Shown in pieces: positions 1-15,055 of a DNA stretch of 64,000 bases; within the stretch, counting starts at the first letter, position 1; each line of letters starts with the position of its first letter. The notes beneath the pieces are model-generated. The model ran no database searches, was not told the DNA's origin, and worked only from the letters and a program-made list of their open reading frames with translations. The stretch is from the human T2T-CHM13v2.0 reference genome, Homo sapiens. The stretch is from the NCBI RefSeq assembly GCF_009914755.1, contig NC_060927.1. The stretch is one strand, 5' to 3'. The translations under genes and the position numbers were made by a program.

Positions 1-423
1 CTCTTCTCTCTCTTCCACCCCTTCCTATCCACTATCTGAGGCAAAAGTAAGAGAGACAGGACTCATGGAGAAGAAGCTGGAAAGAGCTGAGCAGAGCAAT
101 AGCCCGCAGATTAGCAGGCTGGGGCTCAGTCCCGTGAAAGGTTCCAATGGGAAGAAAAAATCCATGCTGATTGTATAGCTCAGTCCACGCAACAGAGACA
201 AAGACTTCTACGGAGCTTGGCTCATGCCTCATACCAAGTCAACAACAGCAAGCTCCGAAGATCCACCCTGTCCTTGTCAGGAAAAGCTAAACAAATAGGT
301 TAGACCAAGGCTGTAGCTGCAAAGAGCTGAGGAAGGAACAGGCCAACTGAATACCAGCTGCTTCTAACTGTAATACCATTAATCTCACTCTGTCCCTGAA
401 ACTTCAGGCAGAATCCTGCACAC

Positions 424-694
424 AGTGGGGCCTGCAAATATTTGATCAGTATTCTTAAGAATTTTTGTTAACTTTTCAAAACAATGATTTTGTTTACTAA
501 ATATAGTGGGGAAAATAAAAGCTTTACTCTCACTTATGTCACTGATCGTTTTATCTAAAGTGGGGCCTGCAAATATTTGATCAGTATTCATAAGAATTTT
601 TGGTAACTCTTCAAAACAAGAATTTTTTTTTTAACCAAAAATAGTGGGGAAAAGGAAAGCTTTACTCCCATTTATGTCAATGGTCATTTCATCT
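424..694. repeat. Diverged tandem duplication, ~135-bp unit x2
   Basis: AGTGGGGCCTGCAAATATTTGATCAGTATTC starts at both 424 and 559. Similarity continues with mismatches through ...ATAGTGGGGAAAA...AAAGCTTTACTC...TTATGTCA to ~694. Confidence 0.9.
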
Positions 695-2437
695 GCTTAA
701 AGTTTCCTACTGGGAATCCTAGTAAATATTTAAGCCATTCCGATCTACCTTGCCAGTTGGTACTTAGGGAGAATTAAGCAGCGGATTACAAGAATGGTTT
801 CTTCAGAAGCTTTGAAGTCTACTGTTTTAGGCTTTACAATCACAGGAATGTCTCATCCACTTCCCCTTCTCCTTTCTTTTTTAATCTTTTGTTTTAAAAA
901 AAAAAAAAACTAGCTATAAACACACCAACCTATGTTGCTATAATGATTTTCTTAGTGAACACTGTAGTTAAGGTTACATGCAGACTTTTATTATAATCCC
1001 TCATCTTCACTAGTTCCCAAGTTTTTGAACACATTCCTTTAACCTAAAACTTTCCAGTCTTTGTTCCTCTTTCAGATAAGCTTTAAACTCAGTCTGTTCA
1101 GCTACTTCTGAGAAGGGAGCAAACAAGAGTATAATGTTTTGCCCGTGGGTATTGGAAAGCCTAATTTACAAAAATTGACGTATTCAGCAGGGCCACTCAT
1201 TACTTGGGAAAGATGTCATCATCCAGGGAATTATCAAAGAATCAAAAGAACAGGAGAGAACAGTCAAATGATGTGTAAAAGGCCAACCAATTTGACTCCT
1301 ACTCAGATATCACAATTCAAAATACCTGAAAACCAGCCTATTGATAAGTGGATATTCCATATATCAGAATTTTCTACTCTAAGAATGAATATCATTAACT
1401 TGAGTTCTTTTAATGCGCTTGAGAGTAGTTTTTGTGCAGAGCTACTACTATTCAGTGGTTTACTTTGGTTTAAAAATTAATCCTCAATTCACTATGCTTA
1501 CAAAATCAAAACTTCCTTAACATTTTAAATTTACCACATAAAACTTATAAGCTTAATATATTTTAGCAAACATTTTAAGGGCCTTAAATTAATATTTTGT
1601 CCTATCTACAGAATTGATTAAATACCTTAAAATATTCTTAATTGTATTTACTAATTCAATATATCCAATTTTCCTTTAATTATAGCTTTTTGATTCAATA
1701 AACCTTTCCAAAATGTTTAAATAAATCATACAAATATGATAAATAAATTTAACTTAAATATCTCAAATCTAAGCCAATTACTTAATTCCACATTTAAAAG
1801 TTGAATCATAAATCTGACATTTACTCTAAGAAGCCAAATTTTCTTAAACAAACTATAAATGCTTAAATTAATAACCAGCACAGATTTTTTATGCAAAAAT
1901 GTCAATACTATGGGTTTGGATTTTATAAACACTGTGTATTTAATTCTGTATTGAGGGGAGTTAAAAGTTGTTTACCCACAAATAAGTAATTATGTCATTC
2001 CAAGGAAATTTTAGGATTACTTCTCAGTTCTTCAAAACCCTTGTCTGCTTCCATTATGCTAATAATTCTTTTCTGAGTTATTTTCTTCATTTCTTCCTTT
2101 TTTTCTGAGTTATAGTACCTGCCTACTGCTACCCAAAATCCACAATTACCATTAATATCTTAATGCAAAGCAATTTAGCCATTCTGGCTAATTTTCGCCT
2201 AATTGGACATAAGAAGATCTTCTTTTTCATCTCAAAACTTCTACCAACTTTTGTAATGTAATAAGCCTTAAAAAAAAAATCGGGTGGTCTTTGAGACATC
2301 TGGTGCCTTAACTAATGCTCCTGCTCTAGAATGTGGAAGCAGAGTAAGATATCTCATTCTAAATAGCATTTACCTTCCTTCCAGGTTAATTAAGTGTTAG
2401 GCCTCCTAAGAACAAAGATTATAATTTTTACTCCTTA

Positions 2438-2594
2438 CAGACAGGGTCTCGCTATATTTTCCAGGCTGGAGTGCAGTAGCTACTCACAGGTACAATCATA
2501 GCATGCTGCAGCCCTGAACTCCTGGCCTCAAGTGATTCTCCCACCTCAGACTCCTGCGTAGCTGGGATTACAGGCACATGCTACCACACCTGAC
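2438..2594 (-). mobile_element. Fossil Alu monomer (FAM-like SINE)
   Basis: Single Alu arm retaining the 7SL-derived segment GTGCAGTAGCTACTCACAGGTACAATCATAGC (cf. GGCTATTCACAGGCGCGATC), which dimeric Alus lack. Confidence 0.75.
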
Positions 2595-2724
2595 TTTACT
2601 CTCTTTTCAACTCCACACATACAATGTTCTTCTAACAGTCTTTCTGTTGATTCATGGGGGCCCAGAAATCATGCTGCTGTCCTACATAGCGGTATATTTT
2701 GAGAGGATGTGCAGAAAATTAAAG

Positions 2725-2906
2725 TTAAATACAAAGTTTTTGCTACTCATTCCATTGAGAAGTGGAGTCTATTTCCCCTCCCCTTGCATCTGGGCTGACC
2801 TTAGTCACTTATTTGACCAACAGAGTAGAGTAGAGGGAAAGTTAGGCCAGCTTCAGGGCTAGGCTTTAAGAGGATTGGTAGCTTCTGCCTTGCTCCCTTG
2901 GAGCCC
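2725..2906 (+). mobile_element. MLT1-family (ERVL-MaLR) LTR, 5' part, interrupted by MER21
   Basis: CCATTGAGAAGTGGAGTCTATTTCCCCTCCCCTTGCATCTGGGCTGACCTTAGTCACTTATTTGACCAACAGA and GGTAGCTTCTGCCTTG match MLT1F/G/H-type LTR 5' motifs. Confidence 0.65.
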
Positions 2907-3812
2907 TGTGACATTGTGATATAATAAGACATACATATTTGGTCTCTGACCCCAGTCACTCTGGCACAATCTTCTAAACCCTTGTACTTTCCTGAGTAAT
3001 TGGGGTGCTAAGGGAAGCACTTGTTCTAATATTTGTTCTTTGACCCCAGTTCCTGACACAGAGCTTCTAATCTCTTGGAATTTTGTGGGTGCTAGGAGCA
3101 TTTTTTTTGTGTGGTGCCTCTTGGTGGGCTTCTGAATGTGTGCTAACCCATGGTTAATGGGTACTAACCCATGATTAGAAGCTTGAACTTTCAGCCCCAC
3201 ACCTCATTATCTAGGATGGGGAGAGGGGCTGAAGATTGAGTTAACAGTCACTTATGCCTACATGATGTAGCTTCCATAAAAATCCCAGAACTTTAGCACT
3301 CAGAGAGCTTCCAGGAGGCTGAACATATGGAGGTCCTGGGAGGAAGGTGCACTCAGAGAGTGCATGGAAGTTCCTCATCCCTCTCTAATACCTTGCCTTG
3401 TGCATTTCTTTCATCTGCCTGTTCATCTGTATCTTTTGGTGTATTCTTTATAACAAATCAGTAAATGTAAGTAAACCACTTTCCTGAATTCTGTGAGTCA
3501 CTCTAGCAAATGTTCAAACCCAAGAAGGGGGTTTGTGGAAAACTCCAGTTTGCAATCATGGCAGACAGAAGTTGTGGGTAACCTGTGAACCTACTACTTA
3601 TGATTGGCATCTGAAGTAGGGGGCAGTCTTGTGAGACCTAATGTTATCTCCAGGTAGATAGTTTCAAAATTGAGTTGAGTCCTAGGACACTCTGTTGGTG
3701 TCCACTGGATAATCGCTTGGTTTAGGAAAACTCCCACATTTTGGTGACCAGAAATATTCTGTGTTGATAGTATAACAGGAGAAAACAGTTGGGAGTTTTC
3801 CTATTATATATC
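2907..3812 (+). mobile_element. MER21-family solo LTR (ERVL)
   Basis: Begins TGTGACATTGTGATATAATAAG...ATATTTGGTCTCTGACCCCAG and contains CCTGACACAGAGCTTCTAA, GAACTTTCAGCCCC and GATTGGCATCTGAAGTAGGGGGCAGTCTTGTG, all typical of MER21. Confidence 0.8.
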
Positions 3813-4135
3813 ACCACAAACAAAAAGCCTGACTTCCCTGAGGCTGCTATAAACTGAGGAAGCTCAAGGCATGTGAAGAGGTGACACATGGGTGCTCTGC
3901 CCAACAGTCACCCTCACTACTAGACATTTGAATGAATCATCTTGTACGTACAGCTCAGTCAATACGTCAGAGGACTCTAGTTGATCTCTGACTGTAACTA
4001 CATGAAAGACCCCAAGCAAGAACCGTCCAGCTGAGCACAGTCAACCCACAGATACATGAGAGATAACAATTTAATGTTTTTGTGAGCCATTACACTGTGG
4101 AGTGGTTTTACTAGGAAGCAATACTTAATTGGCAT
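3813..4135 (+). mobile_element. MLT1-family LTR, 3' part
   Basis: GACTGTAACTACATGAAAGACCCCAAGCAAGAACCGTCCAGCTGAGCACAGTCAACCCACAGA and a degenerate AAGCCACTAAGTTTTGGGGTGGTTTGTTACGCAGCAATA-type end. Confidence 0.7.
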
Positions 4136-6898
4136 AATAGATAATCATGACTATGGTTTGGGGGTTTTAAAAATTTATTTTTAATTGATAGATAATAATT
4201 GTACACATTTATGGAGTACATGTAATAATTCAATATATGTATACAACGTTTAGTGATCAAATCAGAATAATAAAGATATCCATTACTTCAAACATTTACC
4301 ATTTCTTTGTGTTGAGAACGTTCAAATTTCTCTCTTCTAGCTATTTTGAAATACACAACAAATTGTTGTTAACTATGGTCACCCCACTATGCTATATATA
4401 TAACACTAGAACTTATTTCTCCCATCTAACTGTAATTTTGTACCTCTTAACAAACTTCTCCTTATTCCTCCTCCCTTCCCAGCCTCTAGTAACTATTATT
4501 CCAGTCTCTACATCTATAAGATCAATTTTTTTTTAGCTCCCACATATAAGTGAGCAAATGTGGTATTTTCCTTTCTCTGTCTGGCTTTTTTCACTTAACA
4601 TAATATCCTCCAGGTTCATCTAGGTTGCCACAACTGCAGATGACAGAATTTCATTCTTTTTTATGGCTAAATCATATTCCATTGCATATATATATATATG
4701 TATACCACCTTTTCTTTATCAATTTATTTGTTGATAGACACTTACATTGATTCCATATCTTAGCTGGGATATAGTACTGCAATAAACTTAGGAGTGTAGC
4801 TATCTCCTCTATCTCTTCAATATACTGATTTCCTATGATTTGGATATATATACCCAGTAGTGGGATTACTGAATTATATGGCACTTCTATTTTTAGTTTT
4901 TTTTGAGGAATTTCCTCACTGTTTTTGTAATGGCTGTACTAATTTACATTCCATCAATCAGTGTATAAGAGTTTCCCTTTCTTTTCATCCTCACCAGCAT
5001 TTGTTATTTTCTGTCTTTTTGATAATAGCCATTTTAACTGGAATGAGATAATGGATTATTGTGGTTTTGATATGCATTTCTCTGATGGTCAGTGATGTCA
5101 AGCATTTTTTCTTGTACCTGTTGGCCACTTGTATGTCTCCTTTTGATAAATGTCTATTCAGATTACATGCAAATTTTTAATAGGATTATTTGGATTGTTT
5201 GCTGTTGGTTGTTAAGTTTCTTACATAGTTTAAATATTAATCCTTTGTCAGATGGATAGTTTGCAAATATTTTCTCCTATTCCGTATATTGGCTCTTCAC
5301 CCTGTTGTTTCCTTTGCTGAGCAGAAGCTTTTTAGCTTGATGTAATCTTATTTGTCTATTTTTGCTTTTGTGGGCTTTATGGTCTTACTCAAAAAATATT
5401 TGCCCAGACCTATGTTCTGAAGCATTTCCCCAATGTTCTCTTCTAATAGTTCCATAGTTTCAGGCCTTACATGTAAGTCTTTAATCAATTCTAGTCTAAT
5501 TTTGCATATGGTGAAAGACAGGGATCTAGTTTTGTGCTACAGTAGCATATCGATATCCAGTTTTCCCAGCATTATTTATTGAAGAGACCATCCTTCCCAC
5601 AGTGAGTGATTTTGGCACCTTTGTCAAAAATCAGTTGGCTGTCAATGCATAGATTTATTTCTGATCCTCTATTCTGTTCCACTGGTGTATGTGTCTGTTT
5701 TTATTCTAGTACTATGCAATTTTGGTTACTATAATTTCATAACATATTTTGAAGTCAGGTAGTGTGCTATCTCCAGCTTTGTTCTTTTTGCTCAGAATAG
5801 CTTTGGCTATTCAGGGTCTTTTGTGGTTCCTTACAAATTTTAGAATTGTTTTCTGTAAAGAATGTCATTGGAATTTTGATAGGGGTTGCACTGAATCTGT
5901 ACAGTAAAGGCATTTTAACAATATTAATTGTTCTGACCCATAAACATGAAATATCTTTCCATTTTTTGTATGTCATCTTTAATTTTTAATAAGTGTTTTA
6001 TAGTTTTTATTGTAGAGATCTTTCATCTCTTCAGTTAAATTTATTCCTAGAAATTTTGTTTGTTTGGTAGCTATTGTAAATGGAATTGCTTTCCTGATTT
6101 CTTTTTCAGATTGTTTGCCATTGCTGTATCGAAATGCTGTTGATTTTTGCATCCTGATTTTGTATCTTGAAACTTTACTGAATTTGTTTATTGGTTGTAA
6201 GAGTTTTTGGTGAATTTTAGGCTTTTCTAAATATTAAATTATGGCATTTGCAAACAAGACAATTTGACTTCCTCCTTTCCAATTTGGATGTCCTTTATTT
6301 CTTGCTCATGCCTAACTGCTCTGGCTAGGATTTCTAGCACCATGTTGAATAAAAGTGGTAAAAGTGGGCATTCTTGTCTTGTTCCAGATCTTAGAGAAAA
6401 GGCTTTTTTTCCCATTCAGTATGATGTTATCTGTGGATTTATTATATATGGTATGCATTGTTTTGAGATATGTTCCTTCCATAACTAATTTGAGACTTTT
6501 TATTGTGACACAATAATAAATTTTATCAAATTCTTTTTTTGCATCTGTTGAGATTATCGTATAGCTTTTGTCCTTCATTCTGTTGAAGTGATGTATCACA
6601 TCTATTGATTTGCGTAGGTTAAACCAGCCTTGCATCCTTGGGGTAAAACCCCCTTGATCATCATGGGTAATCTTTTTCAAGTGCTGTTGGATTTGGTTTG
6701 CTAGTATTCTGCTAAGTATTTTTGCATCTGTGTTCACCAGAGACATTGGCCTATAGGTTTTTTGTTGTTGTTGTTTGTTTTTTTGTGGTTGTTGTGTCCT
6801 TGCCTAGTTTTTAACATTGGCCTCCCAGAATAAGTTTTGAAGAATTCCCTCTCTTTCAATGTTTTGGAATAACTTGAGAAGAATTGGAATTAGTTTTC

Positions 6899-7210
<312 letters not shown>

Positions 7211-8477
7211 CTGGAATTGGTTTTCTAAAAGTTTGGTAGAATTTAGCAGTGAAGCCGTTTAGTCCTGGACTTCTCTTTGTTAAGAGATGTTTTGTTACCG
7301 ATTGAATCTTGTTACTTGTTATTGATCTGTTCAATTTTTTTATTTCTTCATGATTCTAACTTGGTAGGTTGTATGTGTCCAGAAAGTGATTCGTTTCTTC
7401 TAGGTTTTCCAACTTGTTGCCATATAGTTGTTTGTAATAGTCTCTAATTATCCTTAATATTTCTGTGGCATCAGTTGTAATGTCTCTTTTTTCATCTCTG
7501 ATTTTATTCATATGAATCTTCTCTATTATTCTCACTTTCTAACTAAAGGTTTGTTGATTTTGCTTATCTTTTCAAAAAACAACTGTTCAGTTCACTGATC
7601 TTTTGTATTTTTATCTCAATTTCATTTACTTCTGCTCTGATCTTTATGTTCCTTTTCTTCTAATAATTTTTCATTTGGTTTGTTTTTGCTTTTCCATTCT
7701 CAAGGAAATGGAAATCATTAGGTTGTTTATTTGAAATATTTCTATTTTTATGTATTTGTTTATTGCTATAAACTTCCCTCTTAGTACTACTTTTGCTGTA
7801 TCCCATAGGTTTTTGTATGTTGTTTCCATTTTCATTTGTTTCAAAAATTTTTTTAATTTCTTTATTAATTTTTTGATGGACCCATTGGTCATTTCCAAGC
7901 ATGTTGTTTAATTTTCATGTATTTGTATAGTTTCCAAAATTCCTTTTGTTATTGATGTTTAGTTTTGCTCTATTGTGATCAGAAAATATAATTGTTATTA
8001 TTTGCATTTTTTTTAAATTTTCTAAGCCTTATTTTGTGGCATAACAATGTTCCATGTGCTGATGAGAAAATGCATATTCTGCAGCTGTTGGATGAAATAA
8101 TCTGTAAATGTCAGGGCCATTTGGTCTGGAGTGTAGTTTCACTCTAATGTTATATTTTTATTTTCTGTCTGAATGATATGTTGTTTGCTGTAAGTGAGGT
8201 GGTGAAACTCCCTACTATTATTGTATTGCCAGTCTATCTCTTCCTTTAGATCTATTAATATTTGCTCTAAATATTTAGGTGTTCAGTGTTGGATGCATAG
8301 ATATTTACAATTGTTATATCACCTTGCTGAATTGATCCCTTTACCATTATATAATGACCATCTTTATCTCTTTTTACAATTTTTGACTTAAAATTCATTT
8401 TATGTAAGTATAGCTACTCTTGCTTTTTTGGAGGGGTTTTATTTGCATAGAATATATTTTTCTATCTCTGCACTTTC

Positions 8478-10325
<1,848 letters not shown>

Positions 10326-11811
10326 TAGTTGTTTGTAAATCTTTTGTTCACTTCTCTCTCTCTTGCTTTCTTCCTTGTGGTTTGATGGCTTTCTGTAGTG
10401 GTATCCTTTGGTTCTTTTCTTTTTATCTTTTGTGTATCTATTATAAGCTTTTGCTTTGTGGTTTCCCTGAGGCTTATATAAAACCTCTTATAACAGATTT
10501 ATTTTTGCTTAGAACACTTGATTGTTATTGTATACACGAACTCGTCACTTCTACTTCCCTTCTTCCCACGTTTTATGTTTTTGATTTCACACTATACATC
10601 TTTTTATAATATATTCCATAGGTAATTATAGTAGCCTTTTAAAAATAATGTTGTTTTTTGACCTTTATAGTACAGATATAATCAATTTACCCACCACCAT
10701 TATAGTATTAAACTGTTTTGCATTTGACAACATACTTACTTTTACCAGTGAGTTTTATGCTTTCATATGACTTTATGATACTAATTAGCATCCTTGTCCT
10801 TCAGCTTAAAGAACTTCCTTTAGCATTTTTTTGTAATGCAGATCTGGTGTAATAAATTCTCTCAGATTTTGTCTGAGAAAGTTTTTATCACTCTTTTGTT
10901 TTTGAAAGACAAGATTGCCTGAATATAGTATTCTTAACTGGCAGTCTTTTTCTTTTAGGATTTTGAATATGTTATTCCATTCCATTCTGGTTTGCAAGGT
11001 TTGTGCTGAGAAGCCCACTGATAGATTTATAGAGGTTCCTCTGTATGTCACAATTTGCTTTTATTCTTGCTGCTTTCAACACTTTCTCTTTGGCTTTAAC
11101 TGTTGACAGTTTGACTGTGATATGTCATGGTGTGGATCTCTTTGTGTTTATCTTATTTAGTATCCTTACAGGGTTTTTAAAGCTATCTTTCTAATTTATT
11201 TTTTAGACTTAGGAAGTTTTCTGCCATTATTTCTTTGAATATGTTTTCCATTCCTTTTTCTCTTTCTTCTACTGCTGGCACACTGCTGCATAAGTTGTTC
11301 TTCTTGATGGCGTTTGATAAGTCTCTTTAAGCTGTCCTCACTCTTTTTCATGTTTTTCTTTTTGCTCCTCAGATTGGATGATGTCCAGTAATCTGTTTTC
11401 AAGTTCACCAATCCTTTCTTCTGCTTAACCTAGTCTACTACTACCATCAAACACCTCCATTGAATTTCTCAGTTCAGTTATAGCATTCTTCAGATCTTTA
11501 ATTTCTGTTTAGCACTTTTTTATACTTTCTCTTTGTTGAAGATCTTTGTTTGTTCTTGCATTGCTGTCTTGATCTCTGTGAGCATCTTTATGATCATTAT
11601 TTTGAATTTCCTGTCAGGTAAATCACAAAACTCCACTACATTTGGGTCAGTTTTTTGAAAATTTATCTTGTTCTATTGTTTGGAATATATTCCCCTATTT
11701 CTTCATTTTACTTAATTCTCTGTGTTGGTTTCTGTACATTATATAAGACACCTACCTCTCCATCTTGTTAGACTAAGCTTGTATGGAGAAGGTTTTCACC
11801 AGTTAATCCAG

Positions 11812-12730
11812 CCCATCACAGGCCCAGAGACCTAGGAGGAAAAAGTGGTTTCTTGAGCTAGGCCCAGGGTCCCCATGCTGTGTGCAGCCTAGGGACTTGG
11901 TGCCTTGCATCCCAGCCGCTCCACTCATGGCTGAAAGGGGCCAACATAGAGCTTGGGCCATGGCTTCAGAGGGTGCAAGCCCCAATCCCTGGCAGCTTCT
12001 ACATGGTGTTGAGCCTGCAAGTGTACAGAAGTTAAGAATTGGGGCTTGGGAACCTCTGCTTAGGTTTCAGAATATGTATGGAAACGCCTGGATGCCCAGG
12101 CAGAAGTTTGCTGCAGGGGCAGAGCTCTCATGGAGAAACTCTGCTAGGGCAGTGCAGAAGGGAAGCCCTACACAGAGTCCCTACTGAGGCACTGCCTAGA
12201 GGAGCTGTGAGAAGAGGACCACGTCCTCCAGACCCCAGCTTGCACCGTGTACCTGGAAAAGCCACAGACACTCAATGCCAGCCTATTAAGGCAATTGGGA
12301 GAGAGGTGCAAAGCCACAGGGGCAGAGTGCCCAAGACCATGGGAACCCACCTCTTGCATCAGCATGACCTGGATGTAAGACATGGAGTCAAAGGATATTA
12401 TTTTGGAACTTTAAGATTTGACTGGCCTGCTGGATTTTGGACTTTCATGGGGCCTGTAGCCATTTTGCTTTGGCCAGTTTCTCCCATTTGGAATGGCTGT
12501 ATTTGCCCGATGCCTGTACCTGTACCCCCATTGTATCTAGGAAGTAACTAACTTGCTTTTGATTCTACAGGCTTGTAGGTAGCAGGGACTTGCCTTGTCT
12601 CAGATGAGACTTTGGACTGTGGACTTTTGAGTTAATGCTGAAATGAGTTAAGACTTTGGAGAACTGTTAGGAAGGCATGATTGGTTTTGAAATGTGAGGA
12701 CATGAGATTTGGGAGGGGTCAGGGGTGGAA
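11812..12730 (+). mobile_element. THE1 MaLR internal sequence, 5'-truncated
   Basis: CCCATCACAGGCCCAGAGACCTAGGAGG...GCTTCAGAGGGTGCAAGCCCC...CTCAGATGAGACTTTGGACTGTGGACTTTTGAGTTAATGCTG, with a polypurine tract GGGAGGGGTCAGGGGTGGAA just before the LTR. Confidence 0.92.
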
Positions 12731-13077
12731 TGATATGGTTTGGCTGTGTCCCCACCCAAATCTCATCTTGAATTTCCACATGTTGTGGGAAGGATCCAGT
12801 GGGAGGTAATTGAATCATTGGGGCAGGTCTTTCCTGTGCTGTTCTCATGATAGTGAATAAGTCTCACAAGATCTGATGGTTATATAAAAATGAGAGTTTC
12901 CTTGAACGAGCCCTCTTCTCTTGTCTGCCACCATGTGAGATATGCCTTTTACCTTCCACCATGATTGTGAGACCTCCCCAGCCACATGAAACTGTAAGCC
13001 CAATAAACCTCTTTTTTTTTGTAAATTGCCCAGTTCAGGGTATGCCTTTATCAGCAATGTGAAAATGGACTAATACA
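12731..13077 (+). mobile_element. THE1 (A/B-type) 3' LTR
   Basis: TGATATGGTTTGGCTGTGTCCCCACCCAAATCTCATCTTGAATT ... AATAAACCTC ... GAAAATGGACTAATACA, with canonical TG...CA ends. Confidence 0.94.
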
Positions 13078-14879
13078 GTCCCCTAAAACTTAGGATGTAC
13101 CATGTCTTGTCAGTATCCCAAGACCAGTTTGAGGGATGCCAGACTCTTTAGATGTAGCTGGAAAGCTTGGGGGAGTGGGTGTGAGTTCCAAATCTTTCTG
13201 TCTCACAGTGAGGCTTGGTTCAGGTGTCTATATCCCACTCTCTCTGGACTAGTCCAGGAGAAGATCTGTGGCAAATGCCTGGATTCATGTTCAGGCTGCA
13301 CCTTCTGATCCTGGAGAGATAGCTTCTGGGAGTAGGCCCGTTATACATCCACCTGTTTGTTTTCTATGGCCTTGGGTTACTCCAAATAGCAAAGTCCTCT
13401 GAACTTCCAGAGGAAGGTTGTTAAGGAAACAGTCCCTTGGGTAGGAGCTATGGAAGTTGTGACACATGGTGCATGGCCAAACTCCTCCCAGAAAGACTGG
13501 ATGGGCCTGAATTTATCTCTGTGGCAAGCCAGGGAGATAAGTGCCAAGCTCTGGCTTCAGCTAATGGAGGGCTACTGTTTGCTTGCCTCACGGGCTCCCT
13601 GATGCAAGTTTATTAGAGTCCAAGCTGTCAAGTAGCCACTGAGTGTGGGTGTGGTAAGCCTCTTATGAAGAGAAAGGGAGAGCTCCATGTGCCTGCTTCT
13701 TTCCTGCACTGCCCCAAGGGGTTATAACCCCTGGAAGTATTTGGATGCCCATTTAAAATCACCTCTTTGTTCTGGGATCAGGGAAGACTCACATATGTTT
13801 ATTTCCTTCTGTTCCCAGAGCTACTAGGTTTAGGATGGAGCCCTTCAAGAGGAAGCTTTAACAATTTGGTGCTCTCAGTGTGTGTTCTAAACCCCTTCTG
13901 GTGGAGAAACAGGGAGTTTCATTTTTTTAGGCCCCTTCTCTGCACCACTCCAGAGGGATGAAGTCCCTGATGGTGCTTGCATGCATGTTTAAAGACACTA
14001 TTTCTTTCTTGCTATCCAGGGAGATGTGTGTATGCTAGTCCCCTCTGCTCCAAAAGCCATGAGATTAATGATACAGTCTTTTAGGTGGATGTGGTAAAAG
14101 TTGGGGTGCTTAGTATGGGTGCAAACTCCTTCCAGACTGGTGTCTGGAATTGGCTGTCTCTTTAACTCTACAATGCAAGTTAGCTTGAAGCCAGGCCACT
14201 TGCCTGCTTGGCAGTCACTGAAAGTGTTTTGTGGTGAGAGTAGGCAATAGAGGGCTGTGGTTTTTTTTAAAGCCTCTTCTGTGCACTGATACTAGGGGAT
14301 GAAATACCTGGAGGTGAATGAAAATCCATATAAGACCACCACTTTATTTCCTATAGCCTGGGGGGACACGTGTGTGTCTAATCCCTGCTGTGTATAAAAC
14401 AACAGGGAAGCATGAGGTCAAGGCCCTCTGTGTGAGGTCCAGACACTCTTCTCCATGGGGAGAAACTGGGTGTTGGAGACTCCTTTTCCAATTTTATGGC
14501 ATAGTGCCCAGGGTGAGGTCTATGCCCAAGTGCGCCTGGGCGTCTCCTACCTGTTTTATGTTGTTTTCTTAGTTGCTCAGTGGGTAGGAGTCTCTCAATT
14601 GGTCTCTGACTTTCTCTCAGAGGGAATGGATCCATGGATAGATGTTTATTCAGTGCATCTGTGGGTGGAGGGAGACTCAGAAGCTTCTATTTGCCATGCT
14701 GGTGGTGTCACTCTCATGACTGTAGTTTTAAACCTGAACCTTTGGCTTTACTTGAGCCAAAGCCAGTGCTCAGTTGTTGAAATATGCAACAGTCTTATAG
14801 TACATTCAGAAAAACATTTGTTTTCACATGGCCTCTGGCATGTTTCATACCTTTATTCATAGCACCCTGGTAGCTGAGG

Positions 14880-15055
14880 TCTCTTTCTCTCCCTTTCTTT
14901 CTTTTCTTTCTGTCATTTTAAAATCATTTTCTTTTGTTTTTATGTCTTTCTTTCTTTCTTTTTTCTTTATACTTTTTTATGTTTTCCCCTCCTTTCTGTT
15001 CTCCCCTTTCTTCTGTGTCTCCTCCTTCTGTCATTTGTTAGTATTTTCTTTTATG
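14880..15055. repeat. Pyrimidine-rich (CT/T) low-complexity tract
   Basis: Runs of TTTC/CTTT/TTTCT that account for the Phe/Ser-rich ORF 14828-15118. Confidence 0.7.

Noticed and set aside
1139-1480. 113-aa ORF
   Set aside because: TTG start, no recognisable homology or splice context; an ORF of this length is expected by chance.
11882-12551. 101-aa and 170-aa ORFs
   Set aside because: Broken reading frames of the THE1 MaLR internal region.
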